This document shows positions 62,383-64,000 of a stretch of 64,000 bases of DNA, in pieces; position 1 is the stretch's first letter; each line of letters begins with the position of its first letter. The notes under the pieces were generated by a model. It was not told where the DNA came from and did not search any database. It saw only the letters and a list, made by a program, of their open reading frames with translations. The translations under genes and the position numbers were made by a program. Source of the DNA: an uncultured Chloroflexota bacterium (GTDB lineage Bacteria > Chloroflexota > Dehalococcoidia > UBA2979); the NCBI GenBank assembly GCA_903917615.1, contig CAIXBH010000172.1:5898-69897 (forward strand), in the 5' to 3' direction.

Positions 62383-63999
62383 CTAGACGCTGTAAGTGTT
62401 CGACATCTTGTAGCCGGTGACGCGGGTCGAGGCCCACGGGCCGGTGATCGTGTCGAACCCGCCCAGCGTCGGCTGGACGTAGTACTTCGCGGGGACCGCG
62501 TAGAGCACCAGGTTCGGGAGCCATTCGTCCACGTACTTCTGCTGGTACGTGTCGAGCAGCGCCTTCCGCTTCTCGAAGTCGAGTTCGGCCAGCGACTTCT
62601 CGACGAGCGCGTCGAGGTCCTTGTTGCTGAACCCGCCATAGTTGCGGCTGCCCTTGGTGTGGGTGTGCGCGTACGCCTCGAGCGCGGCGTCCGGGAACAT
62701 CGTGCTGTCGTTCGAGATCATCTGGAAGTCGTTGCCGGCCTGATGCTTGTCGAACGTCGCGGAGTCCGGATCCTGCTTCAGCGTCATCTTCATCGCGGGG
62801 AAGGTCTTCTGCATCTGGGCCTGGAAGCGGACCGAATTCTCGCGGTCGTCTGCCTTGACCTTGTTCAGCAGGTCGATGGAGATTCCGGCACCCTTGTCGA
62901 AGCCGGCAGCTGTCATCAGCTTGTTGGCCTCCGCGATGTCCTTGTCCTTCGTGGCAGGGTTGAAGCCGGCGAGCGTCTTCACCTTGTCCTCGGACCAGGC
63001 CTCCGGGAAGCCCGGGTGCATCGCGGCGAGGTAGCCCCAGCCGCCGCCCTCGCCGTAGTAGCCGTTCCCCAGTTCCTTGTAGTCGATCGCCAGCGACAGG
63101 GCCTTGCGCACGCGGAAGTCCTGGAAGAACTGAATCTTCATGCTGGGACGGAAGTACATGTAGTTGATGTTGAGGAACTGGTAGAGCAGGGCATCCGGCC
63201 GAGCGGCGCCGATCGTCTTCTGATCCTGCGCGGTCGGGGAGGCCATGATCGCGATCTGGCGGCTCAGGAACGCCGCGAGCTGGGTCGCGTGGTCCGGCAT
63301 CTGGATCAGGACGAACTTGTCGAAGTGCGGCTGGTCCTTGCGCCAGTAGTCCGGGTTCTTCTGGAACACGTTCTGGACGCCCGGCTTGTCCTCCGGGCTC
63401 ATCTGCCACGCGGAGATGCCACCGAACTTCTGGTTGTCCTTGAAGCCGACCTCCACGATGCCCTTCGGCATCCAGAGGCTGCGGATTTCCGTGAGACCGG
63501 TGAAGAAGGTGCTGGTCGGCTGCGTCATCGTCACGCGGACGGTGTTCGCGTCGGTGGCCTCGACCTTGCTCATCCCGACGAGCGTGGAGGCGCGCTGGAA
63601 CGAGGCGAGCGGGAGCTTCTCCGCCTCCGCGGTGTTGCCGGCGGTGCGGTTGATGTTGAACACCGCGTCTTCGGCATTGAAGTCACGGCCGTTCCACGGC
63701 GCCTTGTTCTGGATCTTGATGCCCTTGCGAACCTTCAGGGTGAGGTGCGTCGGGTCGGTGACTTCCCACGACTCGATGATGTTGCCGCGGATCTTGCCGG
63801 TCCACTCGTCCATCTCAAGCCCGCGCTCGCCGATGACGGACCACTCCGAAGCCGAGACCGCGGTGTGCGCGTCGTGCTCCGTGTAGGTCTCGGTCGCGGC
63901 GATGGTGACGGTGCCGCCGTTCTTGGGCGTGCCCTGGACCACGGGGTTGAAGGGATGGGTGATCTTCGCCGACGCGCCCTCGGTCGCGCCCGCGGGAAG
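62383..63999 (-). CDS. ABC substrate-binding protein, family 5 (5' part outside window)
   Basis: PKNGGT, ESWE, LKVRKGIK, NGRDFNAED, KNPDYW, DFRVRKALSLAID. Confidence 0.93.
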   Translation of the reverse strand, partial: LPAGATEGASAKITHPFNPVVQGTPKNGGTVTIAATETYTEHDAHTAVSASEWSVIGERGLEMDEWTGKIRGNIIESWEVTDPTHLTLKVRKGIKIQNKAPWNGRDFNAEDAVFNINRTAGNTAEAEKLPLASFQRASTLVGMSKVEATDANTVRVTMTQPTSTFFTGLTEIRSLWMPKGIVEVGFKDNQKFGGISAWQMSPEDKPGVQNVFQKNPDYWRKDQPHFDKFVLIQMPDHATQLAAFLSRQIAIMASPTAQDQKTIGAARPDALLYQFLNINYMYFRPSMKIQFFQDFRVRKALSLAIDYKELGNGYYGEGGGWGYLAAMHPGFPEAWSEDKVKTLAGFNPATKDKDIAEANKLMTAAGFDKGAGISIDLLNKVKADDRENSVRFQAQMQKTFPAMKMTLKQDPDSATFDKHQAGNDFQMISNDSTMFPDAALEAYAHTHTKGSRNYGGFSNKDLDALVEKSLAELDFEKRKALLDTYQQKYVDEWLPNLVLYAVPAKYYVQPTLGGFDTITGPWASTRVTGYKMSNTYSV

Positions 64000-64000
64000 G

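Overview
A 64-kb, very GC-rich bacterial chromosomal segment with about 56 CDSs. I found no rRNA, tRNA, CRISPR array, transposase, integrase or phage gene. The gene content suggests Chloroflexota (Dehalococcoidia-like), which is an inference: many CaiB/BaiF CoA-transferases, MmgE/PrpD proteins, an LLM oxidoreductase, amidohydrolases, MFS carriers, a family-5 ABC importer, TAG-dominated stops and leaderless starts. Housekeeping genes are the acnA 3' end, pepN, a SURF1 protein, glnII, a YyaL-like protein, metF, a split metH and cobQ. The remainder is mostly catabolic enzymes and transporters. The most notable observations are: (1) a twice-repeated arrangement of a divergent MmgE/PrpD gene, a TGTG-N8-CACA-type palindrome and a catalytic plus non-catalytic family III CoA-transferase pair, split in one copy and fused in the other; (2) a head-to-head junction near 21115 where two divergent genes both lack their 5' ends; (3) an in-frame TAG at codon 14 of an esterase gene; (4) a G/C-tract palindromic repeat that is translated in an MFS N-terminus and also occurs between genes; (5) a stand-alone protein resembling the DUF499 C-terminal region; (6) a compact structured leader that sequesters the metH start. 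All family calls come from motif recognition by eye, with no database searches.
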